This document shows positions 25,766 through 35,391 of a stretch of DNA of 64,000 bases, one piece after another. Source of the DNA: Vicinamibacterales bacterium. GTDB lineage: Bacteria; Acidobacteriota; Vicinamibacteria; Vicinamibacterales; UBA8438. The stretch lies in contig CBDDJQ010000010.1 in assembly GCA_965229825.1 (NCBI GenBank), forward strand, positions 159,417 through 223,416. The letters run 5' to 3'. Positions within the stretch are counted from its first letter, which is position 1. Every line of letters begins with the position of its first letter. Below the pieces are notes generated by a model. That model worked only from the letters and a program-made list of their open reading frames with translations. It was not told where the DNA came from and did not search any database. A program made the position numbers and the translations under genes.

Positions 25766-27718
25766 TCATGGCCCGAGGTTCTCGATCTCGACGGGTTCGA
25801 TGACGCCGGCCGGGGTGAAGCCGAAGATGCGGCCGTAGAAGTAGAGCTCGGCCTCGGTCGCGCGCTCGATGTTCGCGGCCTGGCGGAAGCCGTGCTGCTC
25901 GCCCGCGAACGTCAGACAGGCGACGGGGAGCCCCTTCCTGCGCAGGGCGTCGACCATGCGCTCGGTCTGATCGGGCGGCACGATGGCATCTTCGAGGCCC
26001 TGCAGAAAGATGACGGGGCAGGAGAGGCGGTCGACGGCGTGGATCGGCGAACGCTGCTCGTACAGGTCGGCGCGTTCGGGGTAGGGGCCGATCAGCGAGT
26101 CGAGATAGCGCGACTCGAACTTGTGCGTGTCCTGCGCCAGGGCCGCCGCGTCGGAGACGCCGTAGTAGGACGCCCCGGCTGTGAACACGCCCCCGAACGC
26201 GAGCGCGCACAGCGTGGTGTAGCCGCCGGCCGAGCCGCCGCGAATCGCGAGCCGGGCCGGATCGACGTCCCCCCGCGCGACGAGGTAGCCCGCCGCCGCT
26301 TCGCAGTCTTCGCGATCGACGACGCCCCAGTTGCCGCGCAGCCGGCGGCGGTAGGCGGTGCCGTACCCGGTCGACCCGCCGTAGTTCACGTCGACGACCG
26401 CGAACCCGCGCGTCGTCCAGTACTGAATCGCCCGCTTGAACCCGGGGTCGGTGCTGCCGGTCGGCCCGCCGTGGGTGAACGTGAGCAGCGGCGGCCGCTC
26501 CCCCTCGGGGGCGCGGAATGCGGGATTGCGCGGCGCGTAGTAGTAGGCATGCGCGGTGCGTCCGCCCGTGCTCGGGCAGGCGATGGTCTCTGCGCGCGAG
26601 ACGTACGAGGCATCGAGCCGCAGCTGCGAGCCGCGGCGCAGCGTCTCGCACGCTCCGCTCTCGGCGTCGATCGCGACGAGGGCCGCGCCGGCTTCCGCGC
26701 TCGCGGCCACGCACACGAGGCGGCCCTGCACCACGCCGGCAAAGAAGCCGAACGTCGTGAACGGCGTGGCAATCTCGCGCAACCTCCCCGTCGCCGCGTC
26801 TATCACCCCCAGCCGGCTCCCGTCCGCGTTCTCGTAGTGCGCGACGAGACGATTCGCATCGAGCACCGCGTAGCGGGACATGCCGAACACCCAGGGGGGC
26901 AATCCGAACTCGGCCTCCATCGGCAGCACGGGCGTCAGCCGGTCCTCGTCCCAACGCTGGAGGTTCCACCAGCCCGAGGCGTCCGAGACGCAGTACAGGG
27001 TTTCGTCGGGACCCCACGCGGGTTGAAGCACCGAGACGTCGCCGGCGGCGTCCCCGGCAATCCTGCGCGCCGACGACAGGGCGCCGCCGGCGGCCACGTC
27101 CGCGACCCAGAGCTCCGTCGCGTCCCACGGCATGTTGGGGTGGTTCCAGCAGACCCACGCCAGCCGGCGTCCGTCGGGACTGAGGCGCGGCGACGCATGG
27201 AAATCGAAGCCACGATGCACCGGCGCCGGTTCGCCCCCGGCGCTCGGGACGGCCACCAGCAGGTTCTGGGCCTCGACTCCCTGGCGGCGATGGTCCTCGG
27301 CGACGCAGATCAGCCGTCCTCGGGCATCGTCCACCGTCGCATCGGCATACCGAACCGCGATCTCCGGCGTGATCGCCGCCGGCGCCTCGGAGGCGTCCAC
27401 CGGCCGCCGGTACAGGCGCTGATCGGAGAAGTTCGAGAAGTACGCCACGCCGTTCGACACCGCCAGCGCGCCGCCCCCGTACTCGTGCACCAGGGTCCGG
27501 GCGCTGTAGCCGGGCGCGGTCACCTCCGACAGCGTACCGTCCGCGGCCCGCCGCATCGCCGCGCACCGGCCGGCCTCGTCGGGACGCGACTCGACCCAGT
27601 ACACGTCGCCGCCGTCGACGGCGATGCCTTCGAACCGCAACGCCCCCGCGGTCAGCATCTCCGTCGTGACCGGAGATTCCCACGACCCGTACGGCGCGAG
27701 CGTTCGTTCAGTCGTCAT
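25766..27718 (-). CDS. S9-family serine peptidase (prolyl oligopeptidase/dipeptidyl-peptidase type) with an N-terminal beta-propeller
   Basis: The sequence includes HGGPTGS...VDVNYGGSTGYG...AIRGGSAGGYT (the GxSxGG nucleophile elbow). The ATG at 27718 overlaps the upstream stop (ATGA). The track ORF extension to 28270 overlaps the FGE gene and is rejected. Confidence 0.85.
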   Translation of the reverse strand: MTTERTLAPYGSWESPVTTEMLTAGALRFEGIAVDGGDVYWVESRPDEAGRCAAMRRAADGTLSEVTAPGYSARTLVHEYGGGALAVSNGVAYFSNFSDQRLYRRPVDASEAPAAITPEIAVRYADATVDDARGRLICVAEDHRRQGVEAQNLLVAVPSAGGEPAPVHRGFDFHASPRLSPDGRRLAWVCWNHPNMPWDATELWVADVAAGGALSSARRIAGDAAGDVSVLQPAWGPDETLYCVSDASGWWNLQRWDEDRLTPVLPMEAEFGLPPWVFGMSRYAVLDANRLVAHYENADGSRLGVIDAATGRLREIATPFTTFGFFAGVVQGRLVCVAASAEAGAALVAIDAESGACETLRRGSQLRLDASYVSRAETIACPSTGGRTAHAYYYAPRNPAFRAPEGERPPLLTFTHGGPTGSTDPGFKRAIQYWTTRGFAVVDVNYGGSTGYGTAYRRRLRGNWGVVDREDCEAAAGYLVARGDVDPARLAIRGGSAGGYTTLCALAFGGVFTAGASYYGVSDAAALAQDTHKFESRYLDSLIGPYPERADLYEQRSPIHAVDRLSCPVIFLQGLEDAIVPPDQTERMVDALRRKGLPVACLTFAGEQHGFRQAANIERATEAELYFYGRIFGFTPAGVIEPVEIENLGP

Positions 27719-28488
27719 GGGTCTCCCTGGGCATGAAGGTCGGTGCGAGCGGCGCCGGCGCGAGTGTGTCCGCGCGATCTCGCGAGCCGGAACCCGTAGT
27801 CGGTGTAGCGCAGCGACGGGTCGAGGCTGCTGCGGGCGGCGGTCCGGTTCAGGGTCAGCGCGTGACGCCACGCGCCGCCCCGGGATGCGCGGCGCCGGCT
27901 TTCGTCCGGGCCCACCGGGTTGACGGCCGGCGTGCGCTGGTAGAAGTCGCGCGCATGCCAGTTGGCGCACCACTCGTGAATGTTGGCACCGATGCCGTAG
28001 AGCCCGAATCCGTTGGGCGTCCCCAGCGTGACCGGCCACGGACCCTCGAGCGGGCCCCGGCCGCGGTTCGGCACCCAGTCGGGAATCTCGTCGCCCCACG
28101 GATACCGCTGCCCGTCGGGTCCGCCGCGGGCCGCCCGCTCCCACTCCGCCTCGGTCGGCAGCCGAACCGCGGCGGCGCGGCGCGAACGCCAGGCGCAGAA
28201 CGCGACCGCGTCGTGCCAGCTCACCCCGACCGCCGGCAGGTCTTCCGCCGCGAACGCAGGATTGTCCCACTCGCGCGGCAGCTCGTGACCGGTGGCGTCG
28301 AGAAACCCGGCGTACTCGGCCCGGGTCACGGGATGGACGGCCATCCGGAACCCGTCGACCCAGACCCGGTGGACGGGGCGCTCCGACGGCTGGCCCTCGT
28401 CGCTCCCCATGAGAAACCAGCCCGGCGGGATGCTGACGAACTCGGGCATGGGGGCAGGCCGGCGGCCGGCGAGGGAGGGCCGCGCCAC
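27715..28488 (-). CDS. Formylglycine-generating-enzyme (SUMF1/EgtB-like, DUF323) family protein
   Basis: The sequence includes FVSIPPGWFLMGSD...HRVWVDGFRMAVHPVTRAEY...VSWHDAVAFCAW...RLPTEAEWERAARG...RGGAW...YTDYGFRLA. Confidence 0.85.
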   Translation of the reverse strand: MARPSLAGRRPAPMPEFVSIPPGWFLMGSDEGQPSERPVHRVWVDGFRMAVHPVTRAEYAGFLDATGHELPREWDNPAFAAEDLPAVGVSWHDAVAFCAWRSRRAAAVRLPTEAEWERAARGGPDGQRYPWGDEIPDWVPNRGRGPLEGPWPVTLGTPNGFGLYGIGANIHEWCANWHARDFYQRTPAVNPVGPDESRRRASRGGAWRHALTLNRTAARSSLDPSLRYTDYGFRLARSRGHTRAGAARTDLHAQGDP

Positions 28489-28489
28489 G

Positions 28490-29683
28490 TCAGCGGGACG
28501 GCGATGTCAGCGGGACGACGAGGTCCTGCAACTCGCCGTCGCGCGAGACGGTCACTTCGACTTCGTCGCCCGGCTCGTACCGGTCGAGCACCAGGCGCAG
28601 ATCGCGCAGCGACTGCACCGGTTCGCCGTCGATGCGGACGATGATGTCGCCGAGCTGGTTGGCGTCCGGTTCGGTGCCGCGCAGGCCGGCCCTGGCCGCC
28701 GGAAATCGCGGGTCGACCTCGGCGATGAGAATCCCGTTCACCCCCAGCCGCGCCGTGACGATCCGGTTCAGCCGCTGATTCGTCGTGATGCCGAGTCGCA
28801 CCGGCGTGTACTCGCCGGTGGCGATCAATTGCGGCACGACCCGCATCACGGTATTGACGGGGATGGCGAAGCCGACGCCGGCCGAGGCGCCCGAGGGGCT
28901 GACGATCTGGCTGTTGATGCCGATCAACCGGCCGCGGCTGTCGAGCAGGGGGCCGCCGGAGTTGCCGGTGTTGATGGCCGCATCGATCTGAATGACGTCC
29001 TCGATGATGTCACCGGTCAGACCTTCGATCCGGCGATTGAGGGCCGAGATGATCCCGGTGGTCAGCGTGGCGCTCAGTCCGAACGGGTTCCCGATGGCGT
29101 ACACGCTCTGCCCGACGCGCACCCGGTCGCTGTCGCCCAGTCGGACCTGCCGCAGCGAGTTGGCCGGGGCGTCGATCCGCAGCACCGCCAGATCGTGCCG
29201 GTCCGAGCCTCCGACGTAGTCGGCCAGGTAGCTGGTCTGATCGTGCATGACCACGCGCGCCGACGACGCACCCTGCAGGACATGGTAGTTGGTGACGACG
29301 TGGCCGTCCTGGTCCCAGACGAAGCCGGTCCCGGTGCCCAGCGGCACCTCGCCGGTGGCACGCCCGAAGAAGTCCCGGCGGCGCGTGACGGTGCTGATGT
29401 AAACGACCGACGGGCTGGTGTTCTCGAAAAGGTCGACGATCGCCTGCTCGTCCGGCCGGAGGTCGGCGTAGGGGTCGCGGGCCGGTCCGGGCTGAAGCAG
29501 GTGGACGGCCCGGGTCTCGGCGGGCGCGGCCGGGGCGGCCGGGGTTTCGGCGGGCGCGACGGCGGCCGGGGCCCACTCGATGGTGCATCCGCTCGCCGCG
29601 GCGGCGATCAGGAGGGTGACTGCGACCCGGGTTCGAGTCATGGAGCCGAAACGGCGCCGAACGGATCTGTGTGCCATCACCAC
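28490..29683 (-). CDS. HtrA/DegP-family S1C serine protease with a PDZ domain
   Basis: The sequence includes GTGFVWDQDGHVVTNYHV, DLAVLRI and INTGNSGGPLLD (the catalytic triad context). The C-terminal PDZ-like region includes GDIIVRIDGEPV. The signal sequence looks like a lipoprotein signal (LLIAAAASGC). Confidence 0.9.
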   Translation of the reverse strand: MVMAHRSVRRRFGSMTRTRVAVTLLIAAAASGCTIEWAPAAVAPAETPAAPAAPAETRAVHLLQPGPARDPYADLRPDEQAIVDLFENTSPSVVYISTVTRRRDFFGRATGEVPLGTGTGFVWDQDGHVVTNYHVLQGASSARVVMHDQTSYLADYVGGSDRHDLAVLRIDAPANSLRQVRLGDSDRVRVGQSVYAIGNPFGLSATLTTGIISALNRRIEGLTGDIIEDVIQIDAAINTGNSGGPLLDSRGRLIGINSQIVSPSGASAGVGFAIPVNTVMRVVPQLIATGEYTPVRLGITTNQRLNRIVTARLGVNGILIAEVDPRFPAARAGLRGTEPDANQLGDIIVRIDGEPVQSLRDLRLVLDRYEPGDEVEVTVSRDGELQDLVVPLTSPSR

Positions 29684-29755
29684 ATCCTCGGGAGCGGTGA
29701 CCGGCCCGGGCCGGCCCGCGATCCGTCATCCACGCGGATGCAACGGCCGGCGCGG

Positions 29756-29912
29756 GATCATCGCCTTGCGGCTTCGGTTCCCGCCCAACCAACCCCGCAG
29801 GTGTCCGCGCCGTTGCTGCGGACGCCTCGGCGATTCGGGCCAGGAGCCCGTGGTGAAACCGCGCGTTGCACCTCGCCGGTCGAATGCAGCGGGGACTTTC
29901 GCCACGGTCTCC
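29756..29912. repeat. Intergenic structured repeat, copy 1: an 'atcatcgccttgcgg' module followed by a 70-nt long hairpin
   Basis: The hairpin at 29843-29912 is ggagcccgtggtgaaa...tttcgccacggtctcc. Its interior is the reverse complement of the copy at 44897-44960. Confidence 0.7.
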
Positions 29913-29914
29913 CG

Positions 29915-30244
29915 CTAGACGTGCTTGTCAAGCAGATCGGCCAACTGATCCTTGCCGGCCACGCCGACGGTCGACTCCACGACTTCGCCGCCCTTGAACA
30001 GCAGCAGCGTGGGAATGGAACGGACACTGTACTTCATGGGCGTGTCCGGGTTGTCGTCGATGTTCAGCTTGCCCACGACGACGCGGCCGGTGTACTCGTC
30101 GGCCAGCGCTTCGACCGCAGGGGCGATCATGCGGCATGGGCCGCACCACTCCGCCCAGAAGTCTACGAGCACCGGTTTGTCCGATTGTAGAACCGCCTGC
30201 TCGAAATCGCCGTCGGTGAGGGTCTTCGTGTGTTCCGAGGCCAT
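29915..30244 (-). CDS. trxA: Thioredoxin
   Basis: The sequence VLVDFWAEWCGPCRMIAP contains the WCGPC active site. The protein is 109 aa from the ATG at 30244. Confidence 0.95.
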   Translation of the reverse strand: MASEHTKTLTDGDFEQAVLQSDKPVLVDFWAEWCGPCRMIAPAVEALADEYTGRVVVGKLNIDDNPDTPMKYSVRSIPTLLLFKGGEVVESTVGVAGKDQLADLLDKHV

Positions 30245-30442
30245 TTTTGCTGTTCTTCCTCGTCTTTCTCCGGCTCGCGCCGCGATCGGCATTCAGGCAC
30301 CGGGGATCCGGGCCGTGTGCACCCAGGATACAACCTCTCAGTATACTCCGCTGCGGCCCTCTTCGTTCGGGCCGCCGACTGCCGATGCGCCGCGTGGCCG
30401 GTCGCGGCGAGAATGCCGCGCCGTCCCGAGAGCGCCCCGGGC

Positions 30443-30715
30443 TCAGCCGTTGGGCCCGGGCTCTTCCGCCGGCTCGTCCGCCGACTCGTCGGTCTCCTCG
30501 AACGTGGCGAGACCCTCGACCTGCCACTCGGCCAGCGGCTGGGGCCCCGCGACGATCCCTTCCAGATCGCGGTCGCCGCCCGCGGATGTCTGCCCGGGGG
30601 CCTCCACGCGGCGGTCCTTCGCTTCCTGACGCCGCGCGTCCTTTATCTTGCGCTGCTCTTGCCGTGCACGTTCGCGCTGTCGCTTCTGCTGTGTCGGTCG
30701 TCCACGAGTTGCCAA
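30443..30715 (-). CDS. Small, highly charged hypothetical protein (basic N-terminus, acidic C-terminus), TTG start
   Basis: A strong SD (GAGGAGGTGA) lies 3 nt upstream of the TTG. It occupies an otherwise empty intergenic space. Confidence 0.5.
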   Translation of the reverse strand: MATRGRPTQQKRQRERARQEQRKIKDARRQEAKDRRVEAPGQTSAGGDRDLEGIVAGPQPLAEWQVEGLATFEETDESADEPAEEPGPNG

Positions 30716-30987
30716 TCGTCACCTCCTCGGGCGGGGTGCGGATCGGCCTGAGCAGACGGACAGGTCTGTCGATAGTGACGCGCTCTGGGAAAGCGGTTGG
30801 AGACCTGTCGGCTCAACGGATGAGGATACCCACCCCCGGCCGATCTGTATCTAAAATCCGTCCACAGATCTTATCAGTGCCGGAGGCGAAAGGCAAAACC
30901 GGCGCTCGCACGCCATGCGCGGCGGGCGGGACTATAATCCCGATTCCGGCGGTTCGAATCGTGTCCTCCGGGACCTTGACGCCACTC

Positions 30988-31572
30988 ATGGACGGATTCC
31001 GCGACAGTCTCCTGGCCCTGGGGATCCCGGGGCTGTTTCTCATCGCTCTTCTCGACTCGGCCGGGATTCCTCTGCCCGGCGGCGTTGACGTCGTGCTGCT
31101 GCTGCTGGCCTGGCAGCAGCCGTCGCAGTTCGTCTGGATTGCGCTGGCCGCGGCGACGGGGTCGACGCTGGGCTGCCTGGTGCTCTATCGGATTGGGCGC
31201 ACCGGCGGAGACCGCGCCGTCCGCCGCCTCGACCCCGAAAAACGCGAGTGGGTCACCCGGAAGGTCCACGAGAACGATATCGCGGCGATGCTCGTCGCGG
31301 TCCTCGCCCCCCCGCCGTTCCCGACGAAAGTGTTCATGCTGGTCGCCGGGATCGTCGGCATGTCGTGGACCCGGTTCGCCGGCGTGATATTCGCCGGGCG
31401 GTTGGTTCGCTTCACCGCCGAGGCGTACCTGGCCGTCCGTCTCGGCGACCGCGCGTTCGAGACGCTGCAGCGGCACTATCCGACGATTGGCTTGATGCTG
31501 GTGCTGGCGGTGTTCCTGTTGCTCGCGGTGAAGTGGATCCTGAAGCGCCGCCGGCTCCCCGCCGCGGGCTGA
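30988..31572 (+). CDS. DedA/YqaA-type (SNARE-associated) membrane protein
   Basis: The sequence reads GIPGLFLIALLDSAGIPLPGGVDVVLLLLA...PPPFPTKVFMLVAGIVGM. Multiple transmembrane segments are present. Confidence 0.7.
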   Translation: MDGFRDSLLALGIPGLFLIALLDSAGIPLPGGVDVVLLLLAWQQPSQFVWIALAAATGSTLGCLVLYRIGRTGGDRAVRRLDPEKREWVTRKVHENDIAAMLVAVLAPPPFPTKVFMLVAGIVGMSWTRFAGVIFAGRLVRFTAEAYLAVRLGDRAFETLQRHYPTIGLMLVLAVFLLLAVKWILKRRRLPAAG

Positions 31573-31658
31573 GCCGGCGCTTGCGCTGGCGGGTGCAACG
31601 TCCTATCGTTGTCGATGTGGCGGGTTCGCGGGCGACCGCGGTTTTCCGGGAGGGGCCG

Positions 31659-32687
31659 ATGAACGGGCGAAGCTTCACGGCGGCGGCGGTGACGGCGTTC
31701 GTGCTGGCCGGGCCGGTGGCGGTGACGGCACAGGGGCCGGCGCCGGAGGGCTGGAAGGCGCCTCGCACCGCGGATGGTCAGCCCGACCTGCAGGGGATCT
31801 GGGCGAGTGACTCGGCGACGCCGCTCGAACGGCCGGCCGAGCTCGCCGACAAGGCTTTTCTGACCGACGAGGAGGTCGCGACCCTGCGGACGCGCGCGTC
31901 CGAGCTGTTCAACGGAGAGACCGACGCGGCGTTCGGGGAGAGCGTGTTCCGGGCCGCGCTGACCGGCCGGGAGGACTATCAGTCCGGTGACGGGGTGACG
32001 GAGGAGAATCCCGAGGGGACCGGCAACTACAACCAGTTCTGGTTGATCGACCGCTGGTTCGACAACCGGACATCGCTCCTCGTCGATCCTCCGAACGGCC
32101 GCCTGCCCGCCCTGACCGCCGACGCCGAGCAGCGGCGAGCCGCGGCGCGCGGCGTGGAGCGCCCGCCCTTTCCGCGGGGACCCGAGGATCTCGGGGCCGG
32201 ACTGCGGTGCAGCGGCGGACGCATTCCGATGACCGGCCGCGGCTACAACAGCAACTACCAGATTCTGCAGACGGCCGGCCACGTCGTGATTCAGATGGAG
32301 ATGATGCACGATACCCGCATCATCCCGCTCGCAGAGGGGCCTTCGGCGACGTCGCTCCGGAGCAACCTGGGCGTGTCGCACGGCCATTGGGAGGGAGATA
32401 CGCTGGTCGTGGAGACGACGAACCTGAAGCGCGGGTCTGGGGGATCGTCGCAGGATCTGCGCCTGATCGAGCGTTTCACGCGGGCGGGTCCCGAGACTCT
32501 CGCCTACGAGTACACCATGGACGACCCGAACACGTGGACGGAGCCTTGGACCGCACGGATCTACATGCGGCCCGCGCCGGGGACCGGGGTGATCTACGAG
32601 TTCGCCTGTCACGAGGGGAACTACGCGCTCGAGCATACGTTGCGGGGAGCCCGTCTCCAGGAAGCCGGCAAGATCGGCGCGCCGTAG
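31659..32687 (+). CDS. Secreted hypothetical protein
   Basis: The signal peptide is MNGRSFTAAAVTAFVLAGPVAVTAQG. The ORF is coherent, but I do not recognise a family. Confidence 0.6.
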   Translation: MNGRSFTAAAVTAFVLAGPVAVTAQGPAPEGWKAPRTADGQPDLQGIWASDSATPLERPAELADKAFLTDEEVATLRTRASELFNGETDAAFGESVFRAALTGREDYQSGDGVTEENPEGTGNYNQFWLIDRWFDNRTSLLVDPPNGRLPALTADAEQRRAAARGVERPPFPRGPEDLGAGLRCSGGRIPMTGRGYNSNYQILQTAGHVVIQMEMMHDTRIIPLAEGPSATSLRSNLGVSHGHWEGDTLVVETTNLKRGSGGSSQDLRLIERFTRAGPETLAYEYTMDDPNTWTEPWTARIYMRPAPGTGVIYEFACHEGNYALEHTLRGARLQEAGKIGAP

Positions 32688-32793
32688 ACGGAACCGTCGG
32701 GGCGGGGTGAACTTACGTCGGGGCGCCGTACCGTCGAGGTGCCGTGCCGCCGGGGCGCCGTGCCGTCGCGACAGGGTCACCGGTGAGAGGGTC

Positions 32794-33930
32794 ATGAGGC
32801 ATTTCTGCAACGCGCGGATCCACCGCGGGCTCCTCGTGCTCGCGCTCTTCGCGGCCTCGGCAGCGGGCTGCGGCGGGTCGGCCCCCGGCGTCGACGTGCT
32901 GCGCGCCCCCGCCGGGGCCAGCCTGCCCCAGGCCGCGATCGACGGCGACGGGCGGCTGCATCTGATCTACTACACGGGGTCGATGAGCAGCGGCGACCTG
33001 TGGCACGTCACCCGGGCTCGGGGGGCGGCGGACTGGTCGGTGCCGCAGCGGGTCAACAGCCGGCCGCACTCGGTCACCGGCCTCGGGCCGGTCGACGGCG
33101 GGCAGCTCGCCATCGGACCCGACGACCGCCTGCACGTCACCTGGTTCCACCGCGACCCCACCCGGTTCTTCTACACGCGCACCGACGCGGCCGGGGCGTT
33201 CGAGCCCCAGCAGACGCTGTCGGCCAAGGAGGAAGGCGGCGTGGAGACCGGCTCGACGGTCGCGGTGGGCCCCGACGGCGACGTCTACGTCTTCTGGCAC
33301 GCCGATCCGGTCCAGGACGCCGACCGCCGCGTCTACCTGGCGGCGTCGCGCGACCACGGGGAGCACTTCGACCCGCCGCGCACCGTCAGTCCCGCCCCCG
33401 CGGGGGCGTGCGGGTGCTGCGGGCTGCGGGCGGCGACCGACGGCGCGGGCGCGGTCCACGTGTCCTATCGCGGGGCGGGAGACAACGTGCATCGCGGCAT
33501 GCGGCTGCTCACCAGCACCGATCGCGGGCATAGCTTCGACGACCAGCTCATCCAGCCGTGGGACATCGGCGCGTGCCCGGTCGCCACCACCACCCTGGGC
33601 GCCGGCCCGGACGGCACGGTGGTGGCGTGGGAGACCGAGGGGCAGGTCTATCTGGCGAACACCGAACGGCTGGACGAGCCGTGGTCCCCGCCGGGAGAGG
33701 CGGAGTTCCGGCGCAAGAACGCGACGGTGGCCGTCAACCACCGCGGCGACATCCTGCTGGCGTGGGGGGACGGTCCCGGGTGGCAGTCGGGAGGCAGCCT
33801 GCACTGGCAGGCGTTCGATGCAGGCGGTCGTCCCCGCGGCGATGCGGGCCGCGCGCCGGCGCCGATCCCGGCGCGTAGCGTGCCGACGGTCGTCACCGAA
33901 GCGGACGGCTCGTTCGTGATCGTCTACTGA
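32794..33930 (+). CDS. BNR/Asp-box repeat (sialidase-fold) lipoprotein
   Basis: The lipobox is LFAASAAGCG. Asp-box-like motifs are SRDHGEHF and STDRGHSF. Confidence 0.65.
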   Translation: MRHFCNARIHRGLLVLALFAASAAGCGGSAPGVDVLRAPAGASLPQAAIDGDGRLHLIYYTGSMSSGDLWHVTRARGAADWSVPQRVNSRPHSVTGLGPVDGGQLAIGPDDRLHVTWFHRDPTRFFYTRTDAAGAFEPQQTLSAKEEGGVETGSTVAVGPDGDVYVFWHADPVQDADRRVYLAASRDHGEHFDPPRTVSPAPAGACGCCGLRAATDGAGAVHVSYRGAGDNVHRGMRLLTSTDRGHSFDDQLIQPWDIGACPVATTTLGAGPDGTVVAWETEGQVYLANTERLDEPWSPPGEAEFRRKNATVAVNHRGDILLAWGDGPGWQSGGSLHWQAFDAGGRPRGDAGRAPAPIPARSVPTVVTEADGSFVIVY

Positions 33931-33943
33931 GGAGCAGTTTACG

Positions 33944-35269
33944 GTGAATAGCATGTCGATTCGGTGGCGGTCGTTCCTGTTCGGGCTCGTCGCATTGGCG
34001 GCGCTCGTCGTCGTTTCGACCACGTTCCACGGCGCGCCGGCGGCCGCGGTCCGGGCCGAGGCGGCGCGCGACCTGGCCGTCGCCGACCCCGCGTCCGTCG
34101 GGGTGTCCGCCAAGCGCCTCGAGCGGCTGGACGCCGGCATGCAGGCGATGGTCGACGACGGGAAGCTGGCCGGCATCGTGACGATGCTGGCCCGGCACGG
34201 AAAGGTCGTGTTCACCGACACGGTGGGCAAGCTCGACGTCGGCAAGGACGACCCGGTCGAGCTCGACTCGATCTTCCGCATCTTCTCGATGACGAAGCCG
34301 GTGGTCGGCACCGCCCTCATGATGCTGCACGAGGAAGGCCGGTGGCAGCTCGACCATCCGGTGTCGATGTACATCCCCGCGTTCGCCGATCTGCAGGTCT
34401 ACACCGGCTTGGACGGCGACGGCGCGATGAAGGTCGAGCCGGTCGAGCGCGGGCGGCGCATCACCATGCGCGACCTCATGCGGCACACCGCGGGGCTGGG
34501 CTACGTCCTCAACCCGCGCCACCCCGTGAACCGGGCCGTCATCGACGGCCGGGTCCTCGACACCGGGGCGCCGCTGCAGGCGATGATCGACAAGCTCGTG
34601 GCGATTCCGCTGTTGTCGCAGCCGGGGACGGCGTGGGCGTACAGCATCTCGGTCGACGTGCAGGGGTATCTGGTCGAGCAGATCTCCGGCCAGCCGCTGG
34701 GAGAGTTCCTCCGCGAGCGCATCTTCGAGCCGCTGGGCATGGTCGACACCGCGTTCCACGTGCCCCCGGACAAGATGCACCGGCTGGCCGCGCGTCACAC
34801 GCCGGGTCCCGACGGTGCCCTCATGCCCCCGCCGGGGGGCGCGCAGGCGCCGAACGCGCCGCTCGCGGGGCCGTCGGGCGGCGGCGGGCTGTACGGGACG
34901 GCGCCCGACTACCTCCGGTTCGCGCAGATGCTGCTGAACGGCGGCGAGCTCGACGGGGTGCGCCTGCTGGCCCCTCGCTCGGTGGAGCTGATGTCCGCCA
35001 ACCACCTGACCGGCGCTCAGCAGGCGACCTATCGGCGGCCGGGCCAGGGATGGGGGCTGAACTTCTCGGTCGTCACCGACGGCCCCGCGTCCGGCGAGTC
35101 CTGGTCCACCGGCTCCTACTACTGGATCGGCATCGCCGGAACCTGGTTCTGGGTCGATCCCGAGGAGGACCTGACATTCGTCGGGATGATTCAGAACAAC
35201 GGCGGCGCGATCAACGAGGTGCAGCGGTTGTCGCGCAGTCTGGTGTATCAGGCGGTCGTCGGCGACTGA
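33944..35269 (+). CDS. Serine hydrolase of the beta-lactamase/transpeptidase-like (class C/esterase) family
   Basis: The S-x-x-K motif occurs in FRIFSMTKPVVG. Also present: WAYSISVDV and GGGGLYGTAPDYLRF. Confidence 0.85.
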   Translation: MNSMSIRWRSFLFGLVALAALVVVSTTFHGAPAAAVRAEAARDLAVADPASVGVSAKRLERLDAGMQAMVDDGKLAGIVTMLARHGKVVFTDTVGKLDVGKDDPVELDSIFRIFSMTKPVVGTALMMLHEEGRWQLDHPVSMYIPAFADLQVYTGLDGDGAMKVEPVERGRRITMRDLMRHTAGLGYVLNPRHPVNRAVIDGRVLDTGAPLQAMIDKLVAIPLLSQPGTAWAYSISVDVQGYLVEQISGQPLGEFLRERIFEPLGMVDTAFHVPPDKMHRLAARHTPGPDGALMPPPGGAQAPNAPLAGPSGGGGLYGTAPDYLRFAQMLLNGGELDGVRLLAPRSVELMSANHLTGAQQATYRRPGQGWGLNFSVVTDGPASGESWSTGSYYWIGIAGTWFWVDPEEDLTFVGMIQNNGGAINEVQRLSRSLVYQAVVGD

Positions 35270-35391
35270 TTCGAGGTCGGGAACCGCGGCCGGCGTTTCT
35301 GGCTGGACCGGCAAGGCCGGCCGTGATAAAACCGTCGGATAAACCGTCACTTCAACCCGGCGCGGCGTTCGCGCGGGGCAAGGAGCAAGCC

